Origin: Nemertoderma westbladi
Taxonomy: Eukaryota > Animalia > Xenacoelomorpha
Assembly (NCBI GenBank): GCA_032718475.1
Contig: JAUCBJ010002682.1
Location: 1 to 64,000, forward strand
Direction of reading: 5' to 3'
DNA length: 64,000 nt
Under the pieces are notes generated by a model, which was not told where the DNA came from, searched no databases, and was given only the letters and a program-made list of their open reading frames with translations. Every line of letters begins with the position of its first letter. Position 1 is the first letter of the stretch. The position numbers were made by a program, and so were the translations under genes. Below, piece by piece: positions 12,701-24,600 of the stretch.

Positions 12701-15700
12701 TGAAAACTTGGTTTTCTTCACATGGCCGTAAACCGTAAAGTGAAAACTTTGTATTCTTCACATGGCCGTAAAGTGACAACTTGGTATTCTTCACATGGCC
12801 ATAAAGTGAAAACTTGGTAATCATCACATGGCCGTAAAGTGAAAACTTGGTAATCTTCACATGGCCGTAAAGTGAAAACTTGGTAATCTTCACATGGCCA
12901 TAAAGTGAAAACTTGGTAATCTTCACATGGTCGTAAACCGTAAAGTGTAAACTTTGTATTCTTCACATGGCCGTAAAGTGAAAACTTGTTTATCTTCACA
13001 CGGCCATAAAGTGAAAACTTGGTAATCTTCACATGGTTGTAAACCGTAAAGTAAAAACTTTGTATTCTTCACATGGCCGTAAAGTGAAAACTTGGTATTC
13101 TTCACATGGCCGTAAAGTGAAAACATGGTATTCTTCACATGGCCGTAAAGTGAAAACTTGGTAATCTTTACATGGCCGTAAAGTGAAAACTTGGTTATCT
13201 TCACATGGCCATAAAGTGAAAACTTGGTAATCTTCACATGGCCGTAAAGTGAAAACTTTGTATTCTTCACATGGCCGTAAAGTGAAAACTTGGTATTCTT
13301 CACATTGTCGTAGAGTGAAAACTTGGTAATCATCATATGGCCATAAAGTGAAAACTTGGTATTCTTCACATGGTCGTTAACCGTAAAGTGAAAACTTTGT
13401 ATTCTTCACATGGCTGTAAAGTGAAAACTCGGTATTCTTCACATGGCCGTAAACTGTAAAGTAAAAAATTTGTATTCTTCACATGGCCGTAAAGTCAAAA
13501 CTTGGTATTCTTCACATGGCCGTAACGTGAAAACTTGGTAATCATCACATGGCCGTAAAGTGAAAACTTGGTAATCTTCACAAGGCCGTAAAGTTTAAAC
13601 TTGGAAATATTCACATGGCCATAAAGTGAAAACTTGGTAATCTTCACATGGTTGTAAACCGTAAAGTGAAAACTTTGTATTCTTCACATGGCCGTAAAGT
13701 GAAAACTTGGTATTCTTCACATGGCCGTAAAGTGAAAACTTGGTATTCTTCACATGGCCGTAAAGTGAAAACTTGTTATTCTTCACATGGCAGTAAAGTG
13801 AAAACTTGGTTTTCTTCACATGGCCGTAAAGTGAAAACTTGGTAATCATCACATGGCCGTAAAGTGAAAACTTGGTAATCTTCACATGGCCGTAAAGTGA
13901 AAACTTGGTAATCTTCACATGGCCATAAAGTGAAAACTTGGTAATCTTCACATGGTCGTAAACCGTAAAGTGTAAACTTTGTATTCTTCACATGGCCGTA
14001 AAGTGAAAACTTGTTTATCTTCACATGGCCATAAAGTGAAAACTTGGTAATCTTCACATGGTTGTAAACCGTAAAGTAAAAACTTTGTATTCTTCACATG
14101 GCCGTAAAGTGAAAACTTGGTATTCTTCACATGGCCGTAAAGTGAAAACATGGTATTCTTCACATGGCCGTAAAGTGAAAACTTGGTAATCTTCACATGG
14201 CCGTAAAGTGAAAACTTGGTTATCTTCACATGGCCATAAAGTGAAAACTTGGTAATCTTCACATGGCCGTAAAGTGAAAACTTTGTATTCTTCACATGGC
14301 CGTAAAGTGAAAACTTGGTATTCTTCACATTGTCGTAGAGTGAAAACTTGGTAATCATCATATGGCCATAAAGTGAAAACTTGGTATTCTTCACATGGTC
14401 GTTAACCGTAAAGTGAAAACTTTGTATTCTTCACATGGCTGTAAAGTGAAAACTCGGTATTCTTCACATGGCCGTAAACTGTAAAGTAAAAAATTTGTAT
14501 TCTTCACATGGCCGTAAAGTCAAAACTTGGTATTCTTCACATGGCCGTAACGTGAAAACTTGGTAATCATCACATGGCCGTAAAGTGAAAACTTGGTAAT
14601 CTTCACAAGGCCGTAAAGTTTAAACTTGGAAATATTCACATGGCCATAAAGTGAAAACTTGGTAATCTTCACATGGTTGTAAACCGTAAAGTGAAAACTT
14701 TGTATTCTTCACATGGCCGTAAAGTGAAAACTTGGTATTCTTCACATGGCCGTAAAGTGAAAACTTGGTATTCTTCACATGGCCGTAAAGTGAAAACTTG
14801 TTATTCTTCACATGGCAGTAAAGTGAAAACTTGGTTTTCTTCACATGGCCGTAAACCGTAAAGTGAAAACTTTGTATTCTTCACATGGCCGTAAACTGAA
14901 AACTTGGTAATCATCACATGGCCATAAAGTGAAAACTTGGTATTCTTCACATAGTCGTTAACCGTAAAGTGAAAACTTTGTATTCTACACATGGCTGTAA
15001 AGTGAAAACTTGGTAATCTTCACATGGCCGTAAACCGTAAAGTGAAAACTTGGTATTCTTCACATGGCCGTAAACTGTAAAGTAAAAAATTTGTATTCTT
15101 CACATGGCCGTAAACTGAAAACTTGGTAATCATCACATGGCCATAAAGTGAAAACTTGGTATTCTTCACATGGTCGTAAACCGTAAAGTGAAAACTTGGT
15201 ATTCTTCACATGGCCGTAAAGTGAAAACTTGGTAATCTTCACATGGTCATAAACCGTAAAGTGAAAACTTTGTATTCTTTACATGGCTGTAAAGTGAAAA
15301 CTTGGTAATCTTCACATGGCCGTAAACCGTAAAGTGAAAACTTGGTATTCTTCACATGGCCGTAAACTGTAAAGTAAAAAATTTGTATTCTTCACATGGC
15401 CGTAAACTGAAAACTTGGTAATCATCACATGGCCATAAAGTGAAAACTTGGTATTCTTCACATGGTCGTAAACCGTAAAGTGAAAACTTGGTATTCTTCA
15501 CATGGCCGTAAAGTGAAAACTTGGTAATCTTCACATGGTCATAAACCGTAAAGTCAAAACTTGGTATTCTTCACATGGCCGTAAAGTGAAAACTTGGTAA
15601 TCATCACATGGCCATAAAGTGAAAAGTTGGTAATCTTCACATGGTTGTAAACGTAAAGTGAAAACTTTGTATTCTTCACATGGCCGTAAAGTGAAAACTT

Positions 15701-17038
15701 GGTAATATTCACATGGCCATAAAGTGAAAACTTGGTAATCTTCACATGGTTGTAAACCGTAAAGTGAAAACTTTGTATTCTTCACATGGCCGTAAAGTGA
15801 AAACTTGGTATTATTCACATGGCCGTAAACCGTAAAGTCAAAACTTGGTATTCTTCACATGGCCGTAAAGTGAAAACTTGGTAATCATCACATGGCCATA
15901 AAGTGAAAAGTTGGTAATCTTCACATGGTTGTAAACGTAAAGTGAAAACTTTGTATTCTACACATGGCCGTAAAGTGAAAACTTGGTATTCTTCACATGG
16001 CCGTAAAGTGAAAACTTGGTATTCTTCACATGGCCGTAAAGTGAAAACTTGGTATTCTTCACAAGGCAGTAAAGTGAAAACTTGGTTTTCTTCACATGGC
16101 CGTAAACCGTAAAGTGAAAACTTTGTATTCTTCACATGGCCGTAAACTGAAAACTTGGTAATCATCACATGGCCGTAAAGTGAAAACTTGGTAATCTTCA
16201 CATGGCCGTAAAGTGAAAACTTGGTAATCTTCACATGGACATAAAGTGAAAACTTGGTAATCTTCACATGGTCATAAACCGTAAAGTGTAAACTTTGTGT
16301 TCTTCAAATGGCCGTAAAGTGAAAACTTGGTATTCTTCACATGACCGTAAGGTGAAAACTTTGTATTCTTCAAATGGCCGTAAAGTGAAAACTTGGTAAT
16401 ATTCACATGGCCATAAAGTGAAAACTTGGTAATCTTCACATGGTTGTAAACCGTAAAGTGAAAACTTTGTATTCTTCACATGGCCGTAAAGTGAAAACTT
16501 GGTATTATTCACATGGCCGTAAAGTGAAAACTTGGTATTCTTCACATGGCCGTACGTAAAGTGAAAACTTGGTAATCTTCACATGGCCGTAAAGTGAAAA
16601 CTTGGTAATCTTCACATAGCCATAAAGTGAAAACTTGGTATTCTTCACATGGCCGTAAAGTCAAAACTTGGTATTCTTCACATGGCCGTAAAGTGAAAAC
16701 TTGGTAATCATCACATGGCCGTAAAGTGAAAACTTGGTAATCTTCACATGGCCGTAAAGTGAAAACTTGGTAATATTCACATGGCCATAAAGTGAAAACT
16801 TGGTATTCTTCACATGGTTGTAAACCGTAAAGTGAAAACTTTGTATTCTTCACATGGCCGTAAAGAGAAAACTTGGTATTCTTCACATGGCCGTAAAGTG
16901 AAAACTCTGTATTCTTCACATGGCAGTAAAGTGAAAACTTGGTTTTCTTCACATGGCCGTACGTAAAGTGAAAACTTGGTAATCTTCACATGGCCGTAAA
17001 GTGAAAACTTGGTAATCTTCACATGGCCGTAAAGTGAA
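783..17038. repeat. Satellite 1: ~16.2 kb tandem array, 33-bp unit (40-bp variant with AAACCGT) with higher-order repeats
   Basis: Unit CTTCACATGGCCGTAAAGTGAAAACTTGGTA(A/T)T repeated continuously. ORF-track offsets recur at 1025, 1769, 3725 and 5467 bp. Confidence 0.98.
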
Positions 17039-17245
17039 TTTGGCCGATTTTTTTTTTGCTCTGTGTGGTTTTTTCACGAGTCACCAACCCCATTATGCAT
17101 TGCGCCTACATATTGTTATACACCATGTCCCGTAATATAGTGTCATTTTCTGATGACACTAGTTAGCTATTAGCGATCGGCCCATATCGCATAGAAAAAT
17201 ACAGATATATTGAAAGAACATCGTGGGTAATGCGGGGGAAGGGTA

Positions 17246-17542
17246 TAGAAAGATATAGGGAAAGGCAGACTCCTGCAAACAAAAGATAAAAAGAACAGTT
17301 ACAAGCTTTCTGCCTCTAAGAGAGGCCTTCTTCAGGTAAGTATAATTACGATATTACAGCAGTAGCACGACAGGCAGACTAATTAGAGCCAATTATTTTG
17401 CATAACCGTCAAAAAGAGGTACTAAAGATTATACAAATTCAGCAACTAATAAAGAGCACAAAGTATGGTGTAGGACAAAAAGCTTGCAACTGTTCTTTTT
17501 ACCTTTTGTTTGCGGGAATCTTCCTTTCCTTATATCTTTCTA
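17246..17542. mobile_element. Penelope-like remnant: ~65-bp inverted repeat arms (17246-17309 / 17479-17542) adjoining a hammerhead motif
   Basis: TAGAAAGATATAGGGAAAGGCAGACTCCTGCAAACAAAAGATAAAAAGAACAGTTACAAGCTTT is the imperfect reverse complement of 17479-17542. Confidence 0.55.
17299..17340 (-). ncRNA. Minimal type I hammerhead ribozyme motif
   Basis: Minus strand TTAC-CTGAAGA-AG-GCCTCT-CTT-AGAGGC-A-GAAA-GCTT-GTAA: CUGANGA and GAAA cores, stem II GCCTCT/AGAGGC, stem I TTAC/GTAA, palindromic stem III AAGCTT. Confidence 0.65.
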
Positions 17543-17770
17543 AATACAGTACAGACATATTATATAGTACCGGTACGAGACTGTACTGGTGTGACAGTAG
17601 GAAGACAATTCTCCATGGTTAAAGGATAATGAAAAGTAACATATTTTAGAGGGTGTGGATTACCTCCATGTAATTAAAAAATATAATTATTTTTTGGTGC
17701 TGATTTTAATTACAGCTGTTCGGTTTGCCTATGCTCCGGTTGTATTCTACTGTTTTCTGTGAAAATAAGA

Positions 17771-17799
17771 TAATAATAATAATAATAATGATAATAATA
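17771..17799. repeat. (AAT)n microsatellite
   Basis: TAATAATAATAATAATAATGATAATAATAA. Confidence 0.85.
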
Positions 17800-18030
17800 A
17801 GATAAAATATAACAAATTAAGGGGCGTCACCGGGGTAGGATGAAGCTAATTTGGTTTCCACTAGTATAACCCATTGTCTTATGGACTCTATATACTTCTT
17901 GATTCTTTGTCCGTGAAAAACATTATAACCCGCCGTATAAAGTGTTCCAAGTACGGAACGGGATATATGTCATTCCGCAATAATGGGTTTTAGGCCATAA
18001 CACATTTTTATGTTTGTTTGTATCTCATTT

Positions 18031-18127
18031 GTGTTTCTGTAACTCCAGTAGTGTGTTTCTGTAACTCCAGTATGTGTGTTTCTGTAACTCCAGTATGTGT
18101 GTTTCTGTAACTCCAGTATGTGTGTGT
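18031..18127. repeat. Minisatellite, ~23-bp unit x4
   Basis: GTGTTTCTGTAACTCCAGTA(TGT) repeated four times. Confidence 0.9.
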
Positions 18128-20204
18128 TGGCAAATATACCAAAGGGCTAACTTTGCAAGCTCTTTTTCCGCTATTGTGCTAACTTTTCCAAAGTGCTAAC
18201 TCGTGGTCCTTGCAATCTGAAACTTTGTCAAAACGTTTTTTAGACCATTTCCCACAAGTTAGCGTTTTACCACTTTTGCAGTCCAGTGTGTCATGTGTAT
18301 AAAAAACTTGGCCCCCCTTAGCGGCATTATGGGAATTGGTACTTTTCAAACACACTTAAACACTCAAGAGTATGGAATGGCCATAATGCTAACTTACAAA
18401 CACACTTCTTACACTTACATTCCATTTGTACCAACTACCAAGTGCTAAATGATTATAAGACCGCAAATACCCTAATACGCTAACTCGCTGAATGTTAATT
18501 GCGAATACCCCTCCGTTTCGCGAATAGCCAATTGCACACGTAATTACCTAATAATAAAAGCGTTTGCACAAACTGCGGGGGCGCTAAAGTCTTAACTTAT
18601 TACTTTTAGATAGTCTTTGAAAGTACTCCATACAAAGTCCTAACCCGATAACTGTGTATTGTCATGGAAACGTAATGGTTTCTTACCTGGACATCCATAC
18701 AATGTATTTCAATTTATTGCACAGGCGACATATTATTATGTAGTGAGTGATTGCCGTGAAATGGAAAACCTAGATATATTGACAATCGTTATTTCAAAAT
18801 TCATCCGGTCTATTTGTTGAGATACCCCAAATTGAGGTTAATTGAAGAGATACGCCTATTCCTACTATTGGAAGAGACGGTAACAATACCTGCAATATCT
18901 TACTGTAAAATTTGTAAATCAAATCATAAATCCGACCTTCTCACCAAAACAGTAAACTCTAAGTAAGCGAATATATTGCAGTATTGATCTCTTATAACCG
19001 GTGAGGCAGAAAACAGTCTACGAGCAGACAAACTTCGATAAAACAAAATCCCGCGCAGCGAATCCTAAAATCAGGCTGACTCACTGACGGACTAAGGGGC
19101 TCGTATACTTTGCCGCGGTGTGATTTATATGGTTGGGCAAAGAGACGCTAGCTAGGTACAGGCAGAGATTTGGAGATGTCTAACTAGCGGGCAAAGCACA
19201 GTACGGACAAAGTTAATTTTATATATTTCGAGGTGTAAATAATTTCTAACGCGCGTGTTAATTCTGAATGGTCAAAACAGTTTTGCTCCTTCACATATAT
19301 AATTACTGGGTACGGTGTACATTTACAAATATTCTAATTTTGTAACTTGTAGGTCCAATACTCACGAATGATAAGGTTCCTTCCCCTCTTGCGTATTTCC
19401 AGGACTCAAATTCAGGCATAAGGTTAATACTACGCCCAGAATTCGGCAATTTTAGGTACCAGGTCCCTGATACTAAGAAGAGATGTGTTAGTTTACTACT
19501 GTAGGCGTACGGGTACTAATAGCTATCCTGGCTCCTATCTAGAATTTTAGTCACCCAGGTAGTCCGGGTAACTTCCTATTAGGGCGTTGGCGGGGACACG
19601 GTAGATGTTAGTATATCCCTGATAGCCTCAATTTATTTGCGCCTAGTGTAAACTGCCCTACCGCCTGAACGGTACAATCCCAATTCAGGTGAAAACACAG
19701 CAACCCCCCTAGCCTACAAGTTCTGATGTAATGGACACTGTCGTACTGCAAATAGTCGCACACGCACCTGTACTTAGCAAGAGTTAAGCGTACAGTTTGC
19801 TGCACCCTAACCAATGTGTATGCCTTGTACCGGTGTGCCTACGTCCTATCTGCGTACTAGTATCTGCCTGCGCTCTCTCTCCCCCCGTAGGAATATGAAG
19901 GTCTACTGCGGTTTTTCCTGAATCAAGACAGTACAGTCCCTATGATGTAATTTTGGGCTTACAGCGTGTCACTACGTCTACCTTTTATCTTTTGGTCTTA
20001 TACTTAGGTAGCAAGGATCGAACGCTGTCTAACCTTTCAGGCGATGGGCGAATAACTCTAAAATGGTATTGCGGGTTGTCTCTCGTCTACATTCCCGTGA
20101 TGTTCCCGTTCATTGCTGCGGCCCGATCTCTAGCCGGCCATCCTGTCCCTGAGTTTGTTCACCGTAGTGAATTCATAGTAAAACAGAAAAGCTGAGAGAA
20201 TATT

Positions 20205-20490
20205 CTGACTTTATTACAGAAGACACAATTATAATACAATGTAATCTGAGAATAAACTAAGCACGACAGAGAGATTGATTATAAGAAGTTTGTGTGAGTA
20301 TAAAGTATACTAAAGTAGTAAACTAATGAACGAAATCGCACCTTTTTATACCAAATTTGTGCCGCAATCAATCGAGAAAATTCTCGATTGTTCTATAGAT
20401 TCTAACAAGGTTTTAAAGATAGCTATTGGTCCAGCTAATATATAACTTGCACGACATTGGTTACAATCAAATAACTACAGCCTTATTGGT
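20205..20490 (-). promoter_or_regulatory. LTR U3/R Pol II signals: three CCAAT boxes, HSE-like palindrome, TATA box, downstream AATAAA
   Basis: Plus-strand ATTGG at ~20425, ~20456, ~20485. CAATCGAGAAAATTCTCGATTG at 20369-20390. Minus-strand TATAAAAAGG at 20341-20350. Minus-strand AATAAA at ~20210-20215. Same signals in the other LTR. Confidence 0.55.
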
Positions 20491-20546
20491 ACAGACAAAT
20501 GCAATTAATTTGTAGCGGTTAATTTAAATGAGTTGAAATTCTGCAC

Positions 20547-20633
20547 AAAAAATAATTCGCACTTACTAGGATTCGAACTCGATACCTACTACACATATAA
20601 TTTCCAACGCTCTACCAACTGAGCTACTGAACC
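20547..20633 (-). ncRNA. tRNA-like Pol III cassette in the 3' LTR (pseudo-tRNA)
   Basis: A box TAGCTCAGTTGG (20615-20626) with D-arm GCTC...GAGC, B box GTTCGAATCC (20569-20578), T6 run at 20547-20552. Anticodon, T and acceptor stems do not pair well. Confidence 0.65.
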
Positions 20634-21319
20634 ACTTGACCGATGGGTGCACAATAGATAGAACCAATACTAATGAGAACTCAAAGCAATCTTTACAAAG
20701 TTAATTCGAATAAAATAAAATTTTGAAAATCCACGGCATTTAGGGAATATAATTCTATACCGCTCCATGAAAACAGGATATTATCGTGCATAAAATATAC
20801 GGTTTTCACCAATAATCAATCAAACTATAGAATACTTAGGGCGTACTTACATATTTACAATTAAATTTCAAACAATACTTCCTTTTTACGTAATGATTCG
20901 ATACAAAAATAATTACAAATTCAAACTTTACGTAGTTAAGGCTTTACTAAGTAAGTACAATATAAATCTAAATTAAATTCACCAATATAAATCTATTGCA
21001 TCTCAGATATTGCATAAATTCAAACAATTACAAATACAAATAAATGAAAACAATAAGAAAGGCTCGCGAGTCTTCCATCTACTATTGCATCTCAAATATT
21101 GCATAAATTCAAGTAATTACAAATACTTTCGTACCTAAATGTAGATTGCATAAGTTTGGAATAATTACAAATATGAGTCTTTCTGAGCACAAAACTTTCT
21201 GACTATAAAACTTTCTAAATACAAAATAACACTTTACAAATGAAACTATAAGAAAGGCCCACGAGTCTTCCGTCTACTCTTACTTTCTGTTTCACTGTAA
21301 ATACAAATACTACTTATAA

Positions 21320-21625
21320 AATATAAATTGCATAATATTCGGAACAATATAAATTGCATAAGCTCGGAATAATATAAATTGCATAAGTTCGAAATAATCA
21401 CGTAAATATAAAATATAAATTCTTACTAAATATAAATCTTACTAAATATAAGTCTTTACTTAAATATAAATATAAACTGCATAAGTTTAGAATAATATAA
21501 ACCTTTTGCATCTCAAATATGAAACATAAATCTTTCAAATATAAGTTTCTTCTAAATATAAACTTTCTAAATTTCATAAATTCGGAACAATACAAATTGC
21601 ATAAGTTTTCTAAATATAAAACATA
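21320..21625. repeat. Degenerate AT-rich short tandem repeats in the element 3' UTR
   Basis: Recurrent AATATAAATTGCATAAG(T/C)TCGGAA and TAAATATAAAT(C/T)TT(A/T)CT units. Confidence 0.6.
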
Positions 21626-21692
21626 TAATTCAAAATAAATCACAAATCATAAGAAAGGCCCACGAGTCTTCCGTCCACCCTTGCCCTCCCTT

Positions 21693-24600
21693 TTATCGCT
21701 TAGTAGATCGAGCCCTGCCGCGTCCTCGAAAACTGCGCACAGGTGACTTTGCTCGCGATATGGGACTAATGGGGCGAGTCACTGGTTTACTTGGGACGTT
21801 GAGAGACGGTGCGACTATTTCCTCACAAATTCGTCTATTTGGCATCCCAAAACCTCGACCAATTCCTCGTGACCGATCAGTTGTCGCTACAGTTGGTAGA
21901 ACGTCTGGGAACGCGCGAGAAGTGGACGACGCAGACCCAAGAGTAGCTTGCGCCCCCTGTTGATCAGCTGGTGTATGTCCCGATCCTCCTACCGGTTCTC
22001 TTGGAAGTGATACCGTATCCCGAGTAACTCGAATAGTCGGCTCAACTCCCTTGCGTTCTTCTACATTAATAATTTTCTTCAATTGTTGGCCCACCTTCTG
22101 GACCCGTATGATCCTACCCTGTCCGTCCTCCCGAGGGTGACGTGCAGACGGCGCAACCGGAGTGGCTGATATATTTGTCGCCTCTAGGACCTCCTCTTCC
22201 TCGAATACGCTCGCTCGTATACGTTTGTGGTAAAACGCGGCTCGGTACGCCCATGCGACGGTTAACCAAGCTCCCTTATTCCGTTTTTCAGTTCGGAAAC
22301 GATCGAATTCACCATACGTAATCCGATTAACGACTTTCTGAAAATTCCACGTGTTTTTGTTATCCGGGTGAATTTGTAACAGATACTCGCGCACCACTCG
22401 GAATCCGCTGTCGTGGGGCAAAATATCGACAACCTCGATAAGTTCGTCATATTGGGGCATAGCGGAGATATATCCTTCCGACATCATCGTCTGGGGATTT
22501 ACCGCCCAAAATCCGAGATGCGCTCTCATCGGAAACCGTCTTCTCTGTGCCGATACATGTTCGTCGGCTAAATCTTCCCACTCATCAAATAACTTCCTCA
22601 CGAGTTTTACAGATTCGTGTTCATAAGGTATGTCTCTCAGTTGGCATTCAGATGCTCTATGTCCCTTTATATTGCAGTAAGTACATTGAGCCATAAATCT
22701 CCAGCAAGTATAAAAGGTATGAGACCCTTGATCCCCACACCATCCACAGATTAGCTGAGTCGTAGTAATGTGCTTTCCACTGCACTTTGCCATATGATGT
22801 CCAGCGACGCCACATTTACTACACATCGTATTAGCAGGGTACCACACTCGTTCGTATATAAGATCTCCAATCGGTCGAGCGCTTCCTCCCATACTATAAT
22901 CGTAATCATCTGGGTCTATGGGTTGGTAGGTTTCTGAAGGTTGTAGGCAAACTATAGCATCTGTTGCTTCAAGTTGTCGAATCTCCGTCTGAGATTTCTT
23001 CGGGAGGTTCCTTTCTATCTCAAGAAGTTCCTCTAAAGGATCGTCGGCGATCGTAGTAGTTACTTCGAATTCATCACCAAGGTGACCGATAGGCGCGCGC
23101 GTCTGCCGTGATTCTTCCGTAATCTCCACGATACGTTCTCCTTCATAGGGTAACAATGTAAACATAGATGGTCTTTCGATAAGAGATCCCGCACAGCGAA
23201 GATACACGTCTCGAAATATACTAAATCCTGCTCGAGTAAAGGCATTACACTGAGCGTCGGAGTTGTAGAAGGGTTCAAGGAATCGTCTAAACACGTCGGT
23301 ACGAATTCTCCCTTCCATGTAGAACGTATGATCTTCTCCGAGACAAAGTGGATGTCTTTTGAGAGTCCGAGACACAATGTCGGCGATTAGGCAAACATTC
23401 ACTGACGACTCTATTGCTAAATAATATTGTAAGACCGCTCTTGGAGGTGACGTAATAGCCCAATACACGCATCCTCTCCATTTAAGCTGTGATTCAAACT
23501 CACTCATATCTGGAGTATCACCTTCTCCATAAGTTTCAATATACTTGTTTCTCTTACCTTCCTTATAATCCCAATTGAATAACAGGTAGGAAATGTATCC
23601 AGTTCCAGTCTTCTGAGTATTATACTCACGAAAATATCCCTGTTCTATAGACCACAGAATAAGAGGTCGAGTGTCGACGTATGGTGTCGGTAGTCGGTCA
23701 TCGCTGTCCGTCATGCCGGCGAAGTCGCTAATTAAATCCTCCCTTACTCCTGATCCAACCTTTACAACAGTTTTATCTAAAATCATGTTTCTTACCATCT
23801 TCGGTAGCATTCTAGCGTCAATATTACAAGCTTGGTCCATCTTCTTTACTATATCGGTGATAAGATGGTGTCGCTTTGTATTCGCTGGAGGTATCGGCAT
23901 TCGTTTGTCGCTCCTCTGTCTACTGAAAACGTGCAGGACTCCGTCCGCCGCTCTAATCTGTATAGTCTTAGAAGTCAAACTCTGCTGATGACTGCCGCCC
24001 TCGTTATCGTAAAACATATAACCGTTTTCCTGAAACGATCTAAACGTCCTAGTCCATTCATCCAACAATTCTTCCGAAGGTTGCCAAATCTTCTCTATAT
24101 CCTTATCCTCATCGAAACGAATAACCTTACCTCGCCAATCTGCGGCAATATCCGTATCCGACTCGAAGGTTCCGGTTCCAATCCATAAACGAATCGTCTT
24201 GGTTAGATATCCTTTTAGATTACTCGGAGCTATGTCGGCACCAGCTCTATCCAGTTCCTTAAAATCTTGGATATGAGGTGGAACGTTGTTCACGACCTTT
24301 TGAGTAATATGTCTACGTAAATCATATATCTTACTCATATCGCTGAAAACAACTGCAGGAAGAAACTCCAAGTTTGAAATGATTTCTGGATGATCCACGA
24401 TGGGTATTTCGTACGTCGTATCCTGTCGGACTGGTATACTAATAGGGAAATTGAGTGTCGTACTCAATGGTTTCGTAGTTAAAGTACTATATGGTTGCAT
24501 TTCTCTTGGCCTCTCCGGGGATGCAATCTGTAATCTCTGAATAACGTTTTGAGCAAAGTTTATGCTCTCGAAAACTTCCGGTGTCATCTCCTTAGCTGAA

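Larger units (their letters stand above)
18839..20759 (-). repeat. 3' LTR (~1.92 kb; left end possibly truncated)
   Basis: Near-identical to 33690-35494 + 37438-37570 (about ten substitutions/indels seen by eye). Preceded on the minus strand by purine-rich GGAGCGG (PPT-like). Confidence 0.9.

Noticed and set aside
783-17038. Dozens of 60-170 aa ORFs (KITKFSLYGHV repeats); superficial CRISPR-like periodicity
   Set aside because: Translations of a 33-bp satellite; no unique spacers, no cas genes, eukaryotic context.
18130-18838. Possible DNA transposon remnant or exon (minus-strand CAG|GTAAGA at ~18686)
   Set aside because: No TIR pair or TSD found and no KCNT-like translation.
19608-20195. 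Short ORFs within the LTRs (also 34459-35048) and antisense ORFs over ORF1/ORF2
   Set aside because: No recognisable motifs; one differs by a frameshift between the LTRs; expected by chance.
20558-20633. Functional tRNA gene
   Set aside because: Acceptor, anticodon and T stems do not pair; kept only as a tRNA-like Pol III cassette.
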